A stretch of DNA of 64,000 nucleotides from Mobula hypostoma (Eukaryota), in the NCBI RefSeq assembly GCF_963921235.1, contig NC_086097.1:62250001-62314000 (forward strand). The letters run 5' to 3'. Positions 50,206-63,249 of this stretch are shown here, piece after piece (the stretch's first letter is position 1; each line of letters begins with the position of its first letter). Both the position numbers and the translations under genes were made by a program. The notes under the pieces were generated by a model. That model did not search any database. It was not told the origin of the DNA and saw only the letters and a program-made list of their open reading frames with translations.

Positions 50206-52589
50206 TAATATTTCAGGTTGCTTACCATAAGTCATCACCGGGTTTAATGCTGTCAGGTCAAGAAGGCAGCTTTATTTTGCCACCCCTAGTTTCCAGTTTC
50301 AGATATCTTCTGGTTCTGGATTAAATACCCAAAAATTTACCTTTAGATATTGATCCTGGTGTTAGACAATCCCACTGCAATGCTACTATAATGGAGTACA
50401 TAGTAATACGATGGTCTGACTAACTACTACCATAATATGAGGTAGCATTCAAGGTTTCAGGAAGTCAGGCTGAGGTAAAAGCCTGTATGTTTTCAGTGGT
50501 AAAACTGCACTGTTTAACACAACTTTCAAAGAGAATCAGCGTTCCCAATGTCAGATAGTGGTTTGAAGAATCAGCTTTGCGGATGTGGGGTTAAGTGCCG
50601 ATTAGAAATATAAGAGGTCTGTTTTTGCAGGTGGGATGAGGTTTTACGGCAGTGCTGGTCAGGAGGCAAAGCTTGGTTCGAGTGACTGTGGTCTCAGGTG
50701 CTGGGGATAATGAGCATGGTTGGGGAGAGATATGGTGTTGCAGGAAATCAAGGATCAGGAGGACTTTCGTCATGGGTGTTCGAAAGGAATACTGCCAGGA
50801 AATTACAACATCAAAATACACTGATCAGTACAAGCATTGTGCACAGTTACAAATACCCTCTCAAATTTCTAACATAGCCTAAAATGTGAAAAATAGCCTT
50901 GCTATTACCAATTTGCCGTTTATCAGTCCATATTGGATTGTGTCACGTTTGAAATGTTTAGTGTCATGATATATATAAGCAATATATGCTTTATTTATTC
51001 ACTTGTTTGTTTGTTTATGTTTCCTGTAACTTGTAGTAGTTACTTATGCCATCACTGTATCACTGCCGCAAAACAACACATTTCATGACTTATGTTAGTG
51101 ACAATAAAACTGATTCTGATTTAACAAAGATCTCTCGTGTAAACAGTATTCCTCCCAGTAGTTTTACTCTGCCTCACTCTGGAACTCATTACAAACTCCA
51201 AGCAAGTCATTTGAGAACAATATTTCAACATACAGTGCATAGTTTAATATTATTTTCAAGTAGTTTGTGTAAGTGAAGGACAGTGAAGACATTACTGAGG
51301 TAATTTAATAACTAGAACTTGGTGTGGTCACCATGACGCTACTGGATTGCCCAGACAAATAAATTTGGAAACTGGAGCATGAAGTTTGTATCACCAGCCA
51401 CTTTATGCACACTTACCTACTGTCACAGCATTACAATGAGCTAGATAAATCTGGACAATTCTGGAAGAAATGGGATCAAGTTTCTCTATTTTATGAATTC
51501 AGTGGAAGTAGATGAAAATAGCAATACAGCACTTGTTGTCATCTCCCTCTGAGCTGTATGGCTTCTGGAGACATTTGGTGGGTCTGAAGTCACAAAAAGG
51601 CTTGAAGAGGCAAGCAGGGCAGATTTCCTTTCCTTGATGGCACAACTAAACCTGGAGATTCTTTTTTCAGCAAAAATCCATAATTTTCATGGTTCCTGGT
51701 TTTTTACTTCCAAACTTAAATTAAATCTCTCCAGCATCAATTGTAGGATTGACACTCCTGGCTCCAGATCAATAGTCCAGGTCCGTGTACACCAATGCGG
51801 TAATTTAACCACTATGCTCCCTAAAATATTTGTCAGCTTACGTGGAGACTTAGTAAACAGACAACGAGCATTTTAGGAGTCAGTTGTCTTAAAAATCAAA
51901 TTTACTTTTGTCGTGGCTACCATTTTCAGTTAAAAGGGGACAGAACATTTCACCTCCCCTCCAGGCACGTGCTGTGTAATATCTAACAGAGCTGGTGGTC
52001 CATCACACACATAAACAGTTTCTTCTTGAGTTTAAGTTATCCAGGAATGCAGGCTGTGTCAGCTGCCCTAAATCAAATTCAGTCAGTCTGATATGCTTTT
52101 CTGGAAATTGTTCAAAAAGAGTAAGAAACACTCTAAAATATTTTACCCCACAGATAACAAAGCTGATTCGAGACTGATAATTGATGGGACTGTAACATAT
52201 ACAACTACTTTGTCTGACTTATCAGAACCCTTCCAGAATTTTGTTCATTGTCCTGCTTCTGGAGTGAACATTTCAGGACAAATTCTGAACCAAACCGTGA
52301 AAACTGCCAGTGCTGAAATCTTGCACAATGTCGCAATTGATTGTTAGTGCCACTAATCCTTGTTCACAGCCACAATGGTCAAAGAAATCGCCATGAGGTT
52401 TGGGTTCAGTTATTTAGGAGGGTAGTTGATTTCATTATGATACAGCATTGCTAGAAACTGTCCTTCCTCTTTGCAACTGGGAAATAATTGTGTTATTTTT
52501 TTTTCAGTGTATTTGCTGAATTATTTTATTTGGCACTTAAGATTTAATTTGATGAGACTTTTTTTTTAAACTGCTCACGGTTAGCCACC

Positions 52590-55500
52590 CGAATTTGTCT
52601 CTGAACTGTTTGCTAAGCATGAACTTATATGAAATAAGGTAGATGATATTGTAGCACAGTTAAAGATTGGCATGTATGACGTTGTGTGTCATGGAGTCAT
52701 GGCTGAAAGATTAATGTAGTTGGGTGTTTAATACCCAAGAATACACAAACTATCGAAAAGACAGGCAGACAGGTAGAGGAGGAAGAGTGGTTCTGCTGGT
52801 AAAAGATGAAATCAACTCTTTAGAAAGGGGTGACATAGGACTGGAAGATGTAGAATCATTGTGGGTAGAGTTAAAAACTTGTGGGTAGGTCTGTTCTGGG
52901 ACCCCTTCTCTTCATGATTTTTATAAATGGCCTGGATGAGGAAGTGGAAGGATGGGTTAGTAAATGTTCTGATGACACAAAGATTGGGGCTGTTGTGGAT
53001 AATGTGAGGGGCTAGCAGAAGTTACAGTGGGACATCGATAGGATGCAAGACTGGACTGAGAAGTGGCAGATGGAGTTTAACACAGATAAATGTGAGGTGG
53101 TTCTTTTTGGTAGGTCAAATATGATGGCAGAATATAGCATTAATGGCAAGACTCTTGGCAGTGTGGAGGATCAGAGGGATCTTAGGGTCCGAGTTCATAG
53201 GACACTCAAAACTGCTCTGCAGGTTCACTCTGTGGCTAAGAAGACATATGGTGCATTGGCCTTCATCAACAGTGGGATTGAGTTTAAGAGTCAAGAGGTA
53301 ATGTTAGAGTTTTATAGGACCCTGGTCAGACCCCACTTGGAGTACTGTACTCAGTTCTGGTCACCTCACTATAGGAAGGATGTGGAAACTATAGAAAGTG
53401 AGCAGAGGAGATTTACAAGGATGTCGCCTGGATTGGGGAGCATGCCTTATGACAATAGGTTGAGCAAACTCAGCCTTTTCTACTTGGAGCAACGGAAGAT
53501 GAGTGGTGACCCGATAGAGGTGTATAAAATGATGAAAGGCATTGATCAGAGGCTTTTTCCCAGGGCTGAAACGGCTAGCACAAGAGGGCACAGTTTTAAG
53601 GTGCTTGGAAATAAGTAAAAAGGAGATGTCAGGAGTAAGTTTTATTATGCAGAGAATGGTGAGTGCGTGGAATGGGCTGCCAGTGACGATGGTGGAGGCG
53701 GATGCGATAGGGTCTTTTAAGAGATTCCTGGATAGGTACATGGAGCTTAGAAAAATAGAGAGCTATGTGTAATCCTCGGTAATTTCTAAAATAAGGACAT
53801 GTTCAGCACAGCATTGTGGGCCAAAGGGCCTGTACTGTGATGTAGGTTTTCTATGTTTCTATGTTTCTAAAAAGCAGCAGCGGTAAGAAGACTTTGATGG
53901 GAGTTATTTATGGGTCTCTAACCAAAAGCCAAGATGTGGTCTACAAATTAGAGTGGACTAAGTGATCTCCCAATCTACATCAGGTCTCACCGATATAGCA
54001 ATATACCGCTTCGTCTGCCACAAAAAGATTTGATCCCCCAGTGGCCACCCATTTTAATTCCACTTCCCATTTGTATTCTGATATGTCTACCCATGGCCTC
54101 CTCTACTGCCGCAATGAGGCCACACTCAGGTTGGAGGAACAACACCTTATATTCTGTTTGGGTAGCCTTCAACTTGATGGCATGAACATCAGTTTCTTGA
54201 ACTTCCAATAATGCCCTCCCCCCCCACTTCTCCTTCACCAGTCCCCATCCCCTTTTCCCTCTCTCACCCTATTTTTTTACCTGCCCATCACCTCCCTCTG
54301 GTGCTCCTCCCCCCTTTTCTTTCTTCCATGGTATTCTATCCTCTATTTTTAGATCCCCCCCTTCTCCAGCCCTGTATCTCTTTCACCAATCAACTTTCCA
54401 GCTTTTTAATTCACTCTTTCCCCTCCCTGTTTCACCTAACACTTTGTGTTTCTTCCTTCCCTCCCCCACCTCATCTTTTTTTTTCTCCAGTCCTGCTGAA
54501 GAGTCTCAGCCTGAAACGTCGACTCAACTCTATTCCATAGATGCTGTCTGGCCTGCTGAGTTCTTCCAGCATTTTGTGTGTGTTGCTTGGATTTCCAGAA
54601 TCTGCAGTTTTTATCTTGTTTGAGATAAAGTCAGACATATTGGTACTACTCTGTAGTAAGCAAAATTACAGAAGCAGGGGAGAGGAGCTAGCCAAGGTTG
54701 ATTGGAAGGGGACACTAGCAGGGATGATGGCAGAACAGAAACGGCGGGAGTGTCTGGGAGCAATTTGGAAGGCACAGAATAAGATATATCCGAAAGAAGA
54801 GGAAGTATTCGAAAGGCGGGATGATGCAATATGTGGCTGACAAGGGAAGTCAAAGCGAACATAAAAGCTACAGAGAGAGCATATCGTAGCAAAAATAACA
54901 GCAAAAATTAGTGGGAAGTTAGAGGACTGGGAATTTAAAAAAAAATCAACAGAAAGAAGACAACTAAAGATCCATGGGGGGTGGGGAGATGAAATACAAT
55001 TGTAAGCTAGTCAATAGTGTCAAAAATGATACCAAAAGTATGTTCTGATAAATAATAGTAAAACAGAAGCAAAAGTAGATATTGAACAACTGGAAAATGA
55101 CTTGAGAGATAGTAATGGGGGACAAAGAAATGGCAAATGAATTGAGTAAGTACTTTGCATCCATCTTCACTATGGAAGACAGTAGTAGCATGTCGGACAT
55201 TTGAGAGTGTTAGGTGGCAGAAGTGAGTGCAGTTGCTGTTACTAGGGAGATGATGCTTAGGAAACAGAAAAAACTGAAAGTAGGTAAGTCATCTGGACAT
55301 GATGAACTACACCCCAGGGTTATGAAAAAGGTGGCTGAAGAGATTGTAGAAACGTTAGTAATGATCTTTCAAGAATCAATGGATTCTATCGTGGTTCTGG
55401 AGGACTGGAAAATTGCAAATGTCACTCCACTCTTCAAGAAGGGATGGGGGAAGTAGAAAGGAAATTATAGGCCATGGTGGGGGTGCCTAGTACCAGAGAG

Positions 55501-55775
55501 CACAATGTCAAGATTGAGGGACATCCATTTAGAAGAGAGATAAGGAGGAATTTCTTTAGCCAGAATGTGGTGAATCTGTGGAATTCATTACTGTGGAGGT
55601 CAGATTACTGGGTACATTTAAGGCAGAGTTTGGTTAGTCAGGATCTGAAAGTGTATCGGGAGAGGGCTGGAGAACAGAAATCAGAGGGAAATAGATCATC
55701 CATGAGGATGATCCAGAGCAGACTCAATGGGCTGAATGGCACAATTCCGCTCCCATGTCTTATGGTATTATTGTC
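52590..55775 (+). mobile_element. Older CR1 ORF2 with a nested CR1 3' piece (about 52885-53868) and a Penelope piece
   Basis: Endonuclease motifs (VESLWVELK) broken at 52880 and resumed at 53870; ORF 53043-53618; (TTTCTATG)n tail; KSSGHDELHPRV motif. Confidence 0.85.
53955..54622 (+). mobile_element. Penelope-like 3' end with pseudo-LTR
   Basis: PVATHFNSTSH...LEEQHLIFCLGSLQLDGMNI; GTCCTGCTGAAGAGTCTCAGCCTGAAACGTCGAC near 54490. Confidence 0.85.
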
Positions 55776-55824
55776 TTAGCTTCTGGAGATTAGCCAGGTT
55801 CATTTTGTCATATATTACTATCCT

Positions 55825-57021
55825 TGTCATAAGTGAGCGTTGGGAGCAGACCCAAATGCAAGACACAGACACTGAAGTAGTAGGAACAGGACAAGGTTTA
55901 TCTAGAAAGCAAGGGAAGTCAGGAAGGAACGACGCTGGACATGGACACAGGCCCTGGACGAGACAAGGACACCGGGCCTGGGCTAGGACTAAGACTAGGA
56001 AACACGAGACCCAGACAGGGAACTAGGAACAAGGAGCCTGGACTAGGAACACGGAACTCCGGAACCAGAGCCTGGACAAGGACCTGGAACCTGGGTCTTA
56101 GTTGGGACTCGGAACCTGGGCCTTGACTCGGAACTGGAACCCGGGCCCAGGCTAGGACTCGGGACTTGGATCTTGGCAAGGACAGGACATGGCTACAAGA
56201 TAGGACGAGGCACTCCAGCACAGGACAAGGTACCCCAGCACAGGATGAGGAATCTCCAGCACTGGGTTGGGCCAGGAACCAGAACTAGGTGAAGACACGG
56301 AGCTCAGATTTGGACAGGGCTGCTACACGGTGCCTGGACTTGGTCTTGGAACACAGGAACACAGAGCCTTGGACTTGGACTGGATGAGGTACTCCAGGGC
56401 AGGACATAGCTCTTGGACTCGGCTTGGTTAGGTTCTTGGGTACGGAGCCAGGACTCCACCTTCTAGCACAGGGCCGGGACCCTTTCTAGGACGCAGGGCC
56501 AGGATGACTGCCAAGGATACTTGCCCAGGGAACTGCTGAGGCAAACTGCCGAGGGACTCCTGGACTGGACGAGAACACGAAGCCTTAACTTGAACAGGAC
56601 TGTAAAACGGCGCCTGGAACGTGGAACACAGGAACACAGAACACAGAGCCAGGATCCCTCCTTGGGAACAGGACCTAGCGTCGGGACTCTTCATTGACAG
56701 TGACACTAACCACGGAGACACAAAGAAATAGTTCCAAACTCAACGATAGGTAGTCCCTTATGGTGGTGTGGCAAGGCACTGGTCTCACTCCGGCAATTGA
56801 ATTTGACGGAAATGCAGCCAAGGCTTCAGAAGGAAGGGGAAGGGAACAGTCCAGCTGGGAATCCTTGGTTTGAGAGGTATTTATGTGCCACCCCAAAACA
56901 AGAATCAGGTGCCTCAATGAAGGCACCCAACAGAACAAGGGAAAACAGGAAAACCCAGAATAAGGAATCGATGGACTGGATCATGAACCAGAATGCGGAC
57001 TTCATGGACTGGACCATGACA
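55825..57021 (-). mobile_element. Probable solo LTR (1.2 kb) with internal short tandem repeats
   Basis: TGTCAT...ATGACA termini; 5-bp near-TSD ATCCT/GTCCT; minus-strand ATAAATA near 56880; GGACTAGGAAC-like repeats. Confidence 0.7.
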
Positions 57022-57314
57022 GTCCTGGTTCTAAAATGGAGAGACCCTGCACTTTCACAAGACTTTACATGACAGAAAGCCATTGTGCAAATAGGTCAGA
57101 ATAAGTCCTGAGCTTGGAACCATCAAAAGAGCCATCTAACTCAAGCCTAATACCAAGCCCACCAAGGTTTAAGAATGCTTTTTTGGAAACACAAGAGTGA
57201 CTGCAGTTGTTGGAAGTTGGGAGCAAGACACAAAAAGCTGGAAAAGGGTCTTGGACCAAAAAGTTAATCATTTATTTCCCTCCATAGATGCTGTCTGGCC
57301 TGTTGAGTTTCATG

Positions 57315-57600
57315 GGGTAGCACAGGAGTGTAGTGGCTAGCACAGCGCATTACAGCGCTAGCTGTAAGAATCAGGTTTCAATTCCCATCGCCGTCTGTAA
57401 GGGGTTTGAACATCTTTCCCGTGACCGTGTATGTTTCCTCTGGTGCTCTGGTTTGTTCCCACTTTCCAAACATGTATCCATTACGACATATCAGTGGGTT
57501 GTGGTGGCACTGGAGGCATGGCAACTCTTGTGGGCTCCCCAGCACAGTACTCACTGATTTGATTTGACACTAACGACTTGCTTCATGTCTGTGAACTCAC
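57315..57600 (+). mobile_element. tRNA-derived SINE
   Basis: A/B-box-like head GTAGTGG...GTTTCAATTCCC and V-core-like sequence. Confidence 0.6.
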
Positions 57601-57792
57601 TTTCATTCTGAATGCTATATGCTTACTTTTATTGTTTGCACAATTTGTTTTCTTTTCTCTCTGCCCTTTGGGTGTTTGATGATCTTTTTTTAATAGGTTC
57701 TTTTGTGTTTCTTTGTTTTGTGGCTGCCTGTAAGAAGACAAATCCCAAAGCTTGATCATGTATACATACTAATGTACATTGAACTTTTAAAG

Positions 57793-58220
57793 AAACACAC
57801 ACAAAATGCTGAAGAAACTCAGCAGGGCAGGCCCAGGCAGCATCTATACAGTAGATGTTTCTGGCCAAGACCCTTCAGCAGGACTAAGGAAAGAAAGCGT
57901 GAGGAGTAAATTTAAAAGGTGGGGGGAGGGGTGAGAGAAACGCAAAGTGACAGGTGAAACCTGAAAGGGGAGGGATGAAGTAAAGAGCTGGGAAGTTGAT
58001 TGGCGAAAGAGATACAGGGCAGGAGAAGAGGGAGTCTGATAGAAGAGGACAGAAGACCATGGGAAGGAAGGAAAGGGGGGAGGAACAACAGAGGGAGATG
58101 ATGGGTGGGCAAGGAAATAAAGTGAGAGAGAAAAAAGGAGATGAGAAATGGTGAAGGAGGTGAGGGGGGAATTACCGGAAGTTTGAGAAATTGATGTTCA
58201 TGCTATCAGGTTGAATATCT
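57793..58220 (-). mobile_element. Penelope pseudo-LTR fragment
   Basis: Reverse-complement homolog of 54160-54580. Confidence 0.8.
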
Positions 58221-59009
58221 ACCTTCTACCCAAGATCCACAAACTCACTTCTCCAGGTAGACCCATTGTTTCAGCTTATTCCTGTCCCACTGAACTCATA
58301 TCTAAACATCGGGCTCTTTGAACTTTTGAACTTTGAATAATCTCGTACATCAGTGTGACACTATGTCCTTCTATCCTTTAAGATGAATGGACTACTGCTC
58401 CTGTGCCAGATGTAGCATGCTGATGGACAACAGCAGCAAATTCAAAGTGTATGAAGGGTCCAGTTGCAGAGGGCAGTTGGGGAAAACCCAGTAAAGGGGA
58501 GCTGCAAGATCAAATCTCAGATCATCACAGAGAACTGAAGTATTTCCCCATTGCCTTATAGTTGTGTATGGTTGTTTGAACACTAGATGTCTCCCCTGAG
58601 GGTGTGATCATTTTTAGCTGTTATGCTTTCATTGCTTTTGTTATTCTTTGTCACATCATTATAGGCAGTCTGGTGATTAGCACAGTAATTCGATTGTTTA
58701 TTTTGAAAAACAAAACAATGTGATCTACCTGCAGTTTTGTTTCTAGTAGCAGCATTTGTACTGAAAAAGCAGCAAAGATTTCAGCCCAGCTGTACATCCC
58801 CATTGCAATACTACCCACACCAACTCCCACTAGGATAGAAAGAACATTGGATCGCTGCATAACACTGGTTCAAGGACAAGAATTTCCGCTTACGTTATAG
58901 ATGCAGTGTGATGTATTTGCACACAAATATGCAATTGAATCATTCATGCATGCATCATAACTATATCAGCATGCAAGTGATGTTCTAAATTTGAATAGAA
59001 TTTTAAAGC

Positions 59010-59330
59010 ACAGAAAAATGTCATTCAGCCCACTAGCTCTCCCGCAACCATTTTGCCCATCTACACTCATCCCATCTGCCCGCATTAGGACTGCATCCTT
59101 CCATGTCTTGCCTATTTAAGTGTCTAAGTGTCCCCTGAGCACGGTAACTGCATCTGATTCCACCACCTCTTCGGGCAGTGCATTCCAGACATTGACTACT
59201 CTCTGCATTCCTCAGATCCCCTTTAAAACTCCTTCCTGTCACCTTGAACCTAGGCCTTGTTGTTAAAGTTAATCTCTGCCAAGAGAAATAATAACATTGA
59301 CCATCCATACTGTCTATGCCTCTTATATAC
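59010..59330 (-). mobile_element. Decayed CR1 3' end
   Basis: TTRPRFKVTGRSFKGDLR motif in ORF 59033-59308. Confidence 0.6.
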
Positions 59331-60214
59331 TTGAATTAACTTGGTTACTTCCATCCTTCAAATACATGAGGAGAAAAAATTTTTATGTAACATCTCCATC
59401 TAAATGTGCAATATACAATTTAGAGTAATTTGTAATAAATAGAATGTACACCAGGACAATCAATATAGCATAGAAATACAGCTGTGTCAGCATGAGTTAA
59501 TCAGTCTGATGGTCTGGTGGAAGAAGCTGTCCTGAAACCTGTTGGTCCTGACTTTTATGCTGCGGTACCATTTCACGGATGGTAGCAGCTGAAGCAGTTT
59601 GTGGTTGGGGTGATTCAGGTCCCCAACAATCCTTCAGGCCCCTTTTACACACCTGTCTTTGTAAATGTCCTGAATAGCGGGAAGTTCACATCTACAGATG
59701 CGTTGGGCTGTCTACACCACGCTTCGCAGAGTCCTGCATTTGAGGGAGGTACAGTTTCCATGCCAGGCAGTGATGCAGCCAATCAGGATGCTCTCAATTG
59801 TGCCCCTGTAGAAAATCTTAGAAACGTAGTATACATAGAAAACCTACAGCACAATACAGGCCCTTCGGCCCACAATGCTGTGCCGAACACATACTTACTT
59901 TAGAAATTACCTAGGATTACCCATAGCCCTCTATTTTTCTAAGCTCTATGCACCTATCCAGGAGTCTCTTAAAAGACCCTATTGTTCTGCTTCCACCACC
60001 GTCACAGGCAGCTTATTCTATGCACTCACCACTCTCTGCATAAAAAACTTACCCCTGACATCTCTTCTGTACCTACTTCCAAGCATCTTAAAAATGTGCC
60101 CTCTTGTGCTAGCCATTTCAGCCCTGGGAAAAAGCCTCTGACTATCCACATGATCAATGCCTCTCATCATCTTATACACCTCTATCAGGCCACCTCTCAT
60201 CTTCCGTTGCTCCT

Positions 60215-61457
60215 CATTTGTAAGGCCAGTGATGTTGTGGGGATGGAACTGGACTCTCTGACGGTGGTGTCTGAAAAGAGGATGCTGTCCAAGTTGCATG
60301 CCATCTTGGACAATGTCTCCCATCCACTACATAATGTACTGGTTGGGCACAGGAGTACTTTCAGCCAGTGACTCATTCCACCGAGATGCAGCACTGAGCG
60401 TCATAGGAAGTTATTCCTGCCTGTGGCCATCAAACTTTACAACTCCTCCCTTGGAGGGTCAGACACCCTGAGCCAATAGGCTGGTCCTAGACTTATTTCC
60501 TGGCATAACTTACATATTACTATTTAACTATTTATGGTGTGTGATGAGAATACATATAAAATTAAGATGTTTGCTGGCCTGGGCTAGCATCAGTGGCATC
60601 AGCAGTTGGTCTGCCACCTGCCCTCAGGGGAAGGAGAGATAAGGAACAATGGAGCAGCGTCTGGAGATGTGTAATGAAGGGACGTGGGAGAGAGAGAGCT
60701 GTCTGGAGCGGCTCCCCCTTTGAACCCTGAACTGTTTGAAGTGATGGACAGGCGATACCCCAGCAGGGGGATAAAAAGGGACAGGTCCGCTAAGACAGAC
60801 ACACACGACACCCGAGGTAACAAGACCCTGGAAGCGGTACGCCTCTCACGAGTCGGTGAGAAGTATCAGACAACGCCCGGGGTGGAAAGGTACGATCAGC
60901 GGGAACCCGATGTGTGTCCGCCCTTGCCTGGGTGCCGGGTTCACTGCAGAGGATCGACCGCATCTGGAGGAGGGGTCACAGTCGGTGACCTCAGGTGACA
61001 TCACCAAGGACCCGCCCAAAAGTTGCTTGTGAGCAATCTCGCCGGTCTGTGAGTGAAGCCGTTCTGAATGATCAGTTGTTCCTGTTCTATCTCTCTCTTA
61101 CCCCACGTTGTCCATCGCCATGGCAACGATTACTGCGAACTGAACTTTGAGTCACGTTGAAATTTGGTCATTTACCCCTAGACAACGATAGAGCTTGATT
61201 GATGCTGTGATCTTAATTCTGTGCACATGTGTGACTATCATTGCTGAACTGTTGCATTTATTATCCTTTCGATTACTGTGTTGCTTGTTTCTTTAATAAA
61301 ACTTTCTTAGTTCTAGTACTCCAGACTCCAACTGAGTGATCCATTTCTGCTGGTTTGGCAACCCAGTTACGGGGTACGTAACAGGTGTTATTACTATTTA
61401 TTATTTATGGTACAACTGTAATGAAAACCAATTTCCCCCAGGATCAATAAAGTATGA
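60215..61457 (+). mobile_element. Rex1-like 3' end inserted in CR1, itself split by a solo LTR
   Basis: Same family as 24126-24474; ends GATCAATAAAGTATGA. Confidence 0.85.
60540..61383 (+). mobile_element. Solo LTR of the Gypsy family at 11577-16097
   Basis: TG...CA, TSD GGTG (60536-60539 / 61384-61387), TATA-like GATAAAAA near 60770, AATAAA 61295-61300. Confidence 0.95.
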
Positions 61458-61855
61458 ATAAGTAGAAAAGGCCAAGTTCACTCAACCTATTCTCATAAGG
61501 CATGCTCCTTAATCCAGGCAACATCCTTGAAAATCTCCTCTACACCTTTTCCATAGTTTCCACATCCTTCCTGTAGTGAGGTAAACAGAACTAAGCACAG
61601 TACTCCAAGTGGGGTCTGACCAGGGTCCTATAAAGCTCTAACGTTACCTCTTGGCTCTTAAACTCAATCCCATTGTTGATGAAGGCCAATACACCATATG
61701 CCTTCTTAGCCACAGAGTCAACCTGCACAGCAGCTTTGAGTGTCCTATAGACTCGGATCCCAAGATCTCTCTGATCCTCCACACAGCCAAGAGTCTTACC
61801 ATTAACACTATATTCTGCCATCATACTTGACCTGTCAAAATGAACTAACTCACAC

Positions 61856-62122
61856 CCGCCTTGTCTTTCTTCCCGGACCTCCTGTCCCATGATCCTCTCA
61901 TATCCCCTTTTGCCTATCACCTGTCTAGCTCTCGGCTCTATCCCTCCCCCTCCTGTCTTCTCCTATCATTTTGCATCTCCCCCTCCCCCTCCAGCTTTCA
62001 AATCCCTTACTCACTCTTCCTTCAGTTAGTCCTGACGAAGGGTCTCGGCCTGAAACGTCGACTGCGCCTCTTCCTATAGATGCTGCTTGGCCTGCTGCGT
62101 TCACCAGCAACTTTGATGTGTG
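61856..62122 (+). mobile_element. Penelope pseudo-LTR insertion
   Basis: 10-bp TSD TAACTCACAC (61846-61855 / 62123-62132); homolog of 31060-31335. Confidence 0.88.
62028..62063 (+). ncRNA. Minimal type I hammerhead ribozyme motif (Penelope-associated)
   Basis: AGTC-CTGACGA-AGGGTCTCGGCCT-GAAAC-GTC-GACT: intact CUGANGA and GAAA boxes, GUC site, stem I AGTC/GACT. Confidence 0.7.
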
Positions 62123-63249
62123 TAACTCACACTTATCTAGGTTGAACTCCATCTGCCAAATCCTTAGTATTTGGGGGCCCATTCCAAATTTCTTCAACCG
62201 TCTGAGGTAAAAGAGGCACTGTTGTGCTTTTTTCACCACACAGCCTGTATGTACAGTCCATGTGAGATCGTCAGTGATGTGCATGCCAAGGAACTTAAAG
62301 CAGCTCACCCTCTCAACCCCAGGTCCATTGATGTCAATAGGGGTTAGCCTTTCTCCATTTCTCCTGTAGTCCACAATCAGCTCCTTTGTTTTTCCGACAT
62401 TGATGGACTTCTATCAAGTCATCACTCAACCTCTTTCACTTCAGAGACAACAGGCCCATCTTATTATCTTCCTGAATTAAAGTCCTCTAATTCAGGCAGT
62501 ATCTTGATGAATCACCTCTGTCTCATCTGAACTAGGAAAATCATATATCAAAACACGGGATTTTCAGACAGTGAACATATTGTTGTACACATTTTTTCAA
62601 TCCCATGATGTTCTTGAGAGATCATTATATATTTCTCTTACATTATTACTAGTTTTTAGCAGATTATTAACTACAAGTTAAAAAATATTGGCTAACACCA
62701 CCAAAGGCACTACAGCTGTTTTCAAGGACAGTTAAACCACATGCATTGGCTATCAGTTAAAAAAAGCAGCTTCAACAAACCTTACTGATCAATGGCCTTG
62801 ACCACAGGAGTTCACAGCTCTGCAGTTAGCAGAAAGAAAATGGCTCTGGAATCAAGGTTTCTTTGGGCACACAGTGAGAATATGAACCTGCATAAACTGT
62901 GGGAATTAAATATAAGCCCAGCAAGCATGTGGAAGTACTGAGAGAAATGCCACTAACAGTAGAATGAAATACACAGGGGAACAGAACATAGCAGCAAACC
63001 CTTTTCATTTTCATTGTGCCACCTTTCAGGTGAGAAGCAGAACAAAATGGCAGCTAAGGCGCAGGTGGGATAGATGGACACAGACAATGGAGCATGTGAG
63101 TCTTTTTCAACCTACATGTGGAGCAGGAAAATGATCCTTATTCTTAATATTCTGTAAGCAAACGGTCAAATTGAAAACCTACAGATACAGCAACTTTTAA
63201 AAGATAGTTAAATGGTCATTTAGATCGGAAAAGCGTCACTTAAGGATAA

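Larger units (their letters stand above)
59818..62158 (-). mobile_element. CR1 3' portion inserted in Rex1
   Basis: Homolog of 53080-53868; ORFs 61591-61920 and 60018-60323. Confidence 0.85.
59345..62405 (-). mobile_element. Rex1 LINE 3' portion split by a nested stack of insertions
   Basis: VERVSCFKFLGMHITDDLTW...KKAQQCLFYLRRLKKF at 62160-62374 resumes near 59815. Confidence 0.85.

Noticed and set aside
55930..56450. CRISPR-like or coding repeat array
   Set aside because: Irregular degenerate short repeats without a constant repeat-spacer period, in eukaryotic LTR-like DNA
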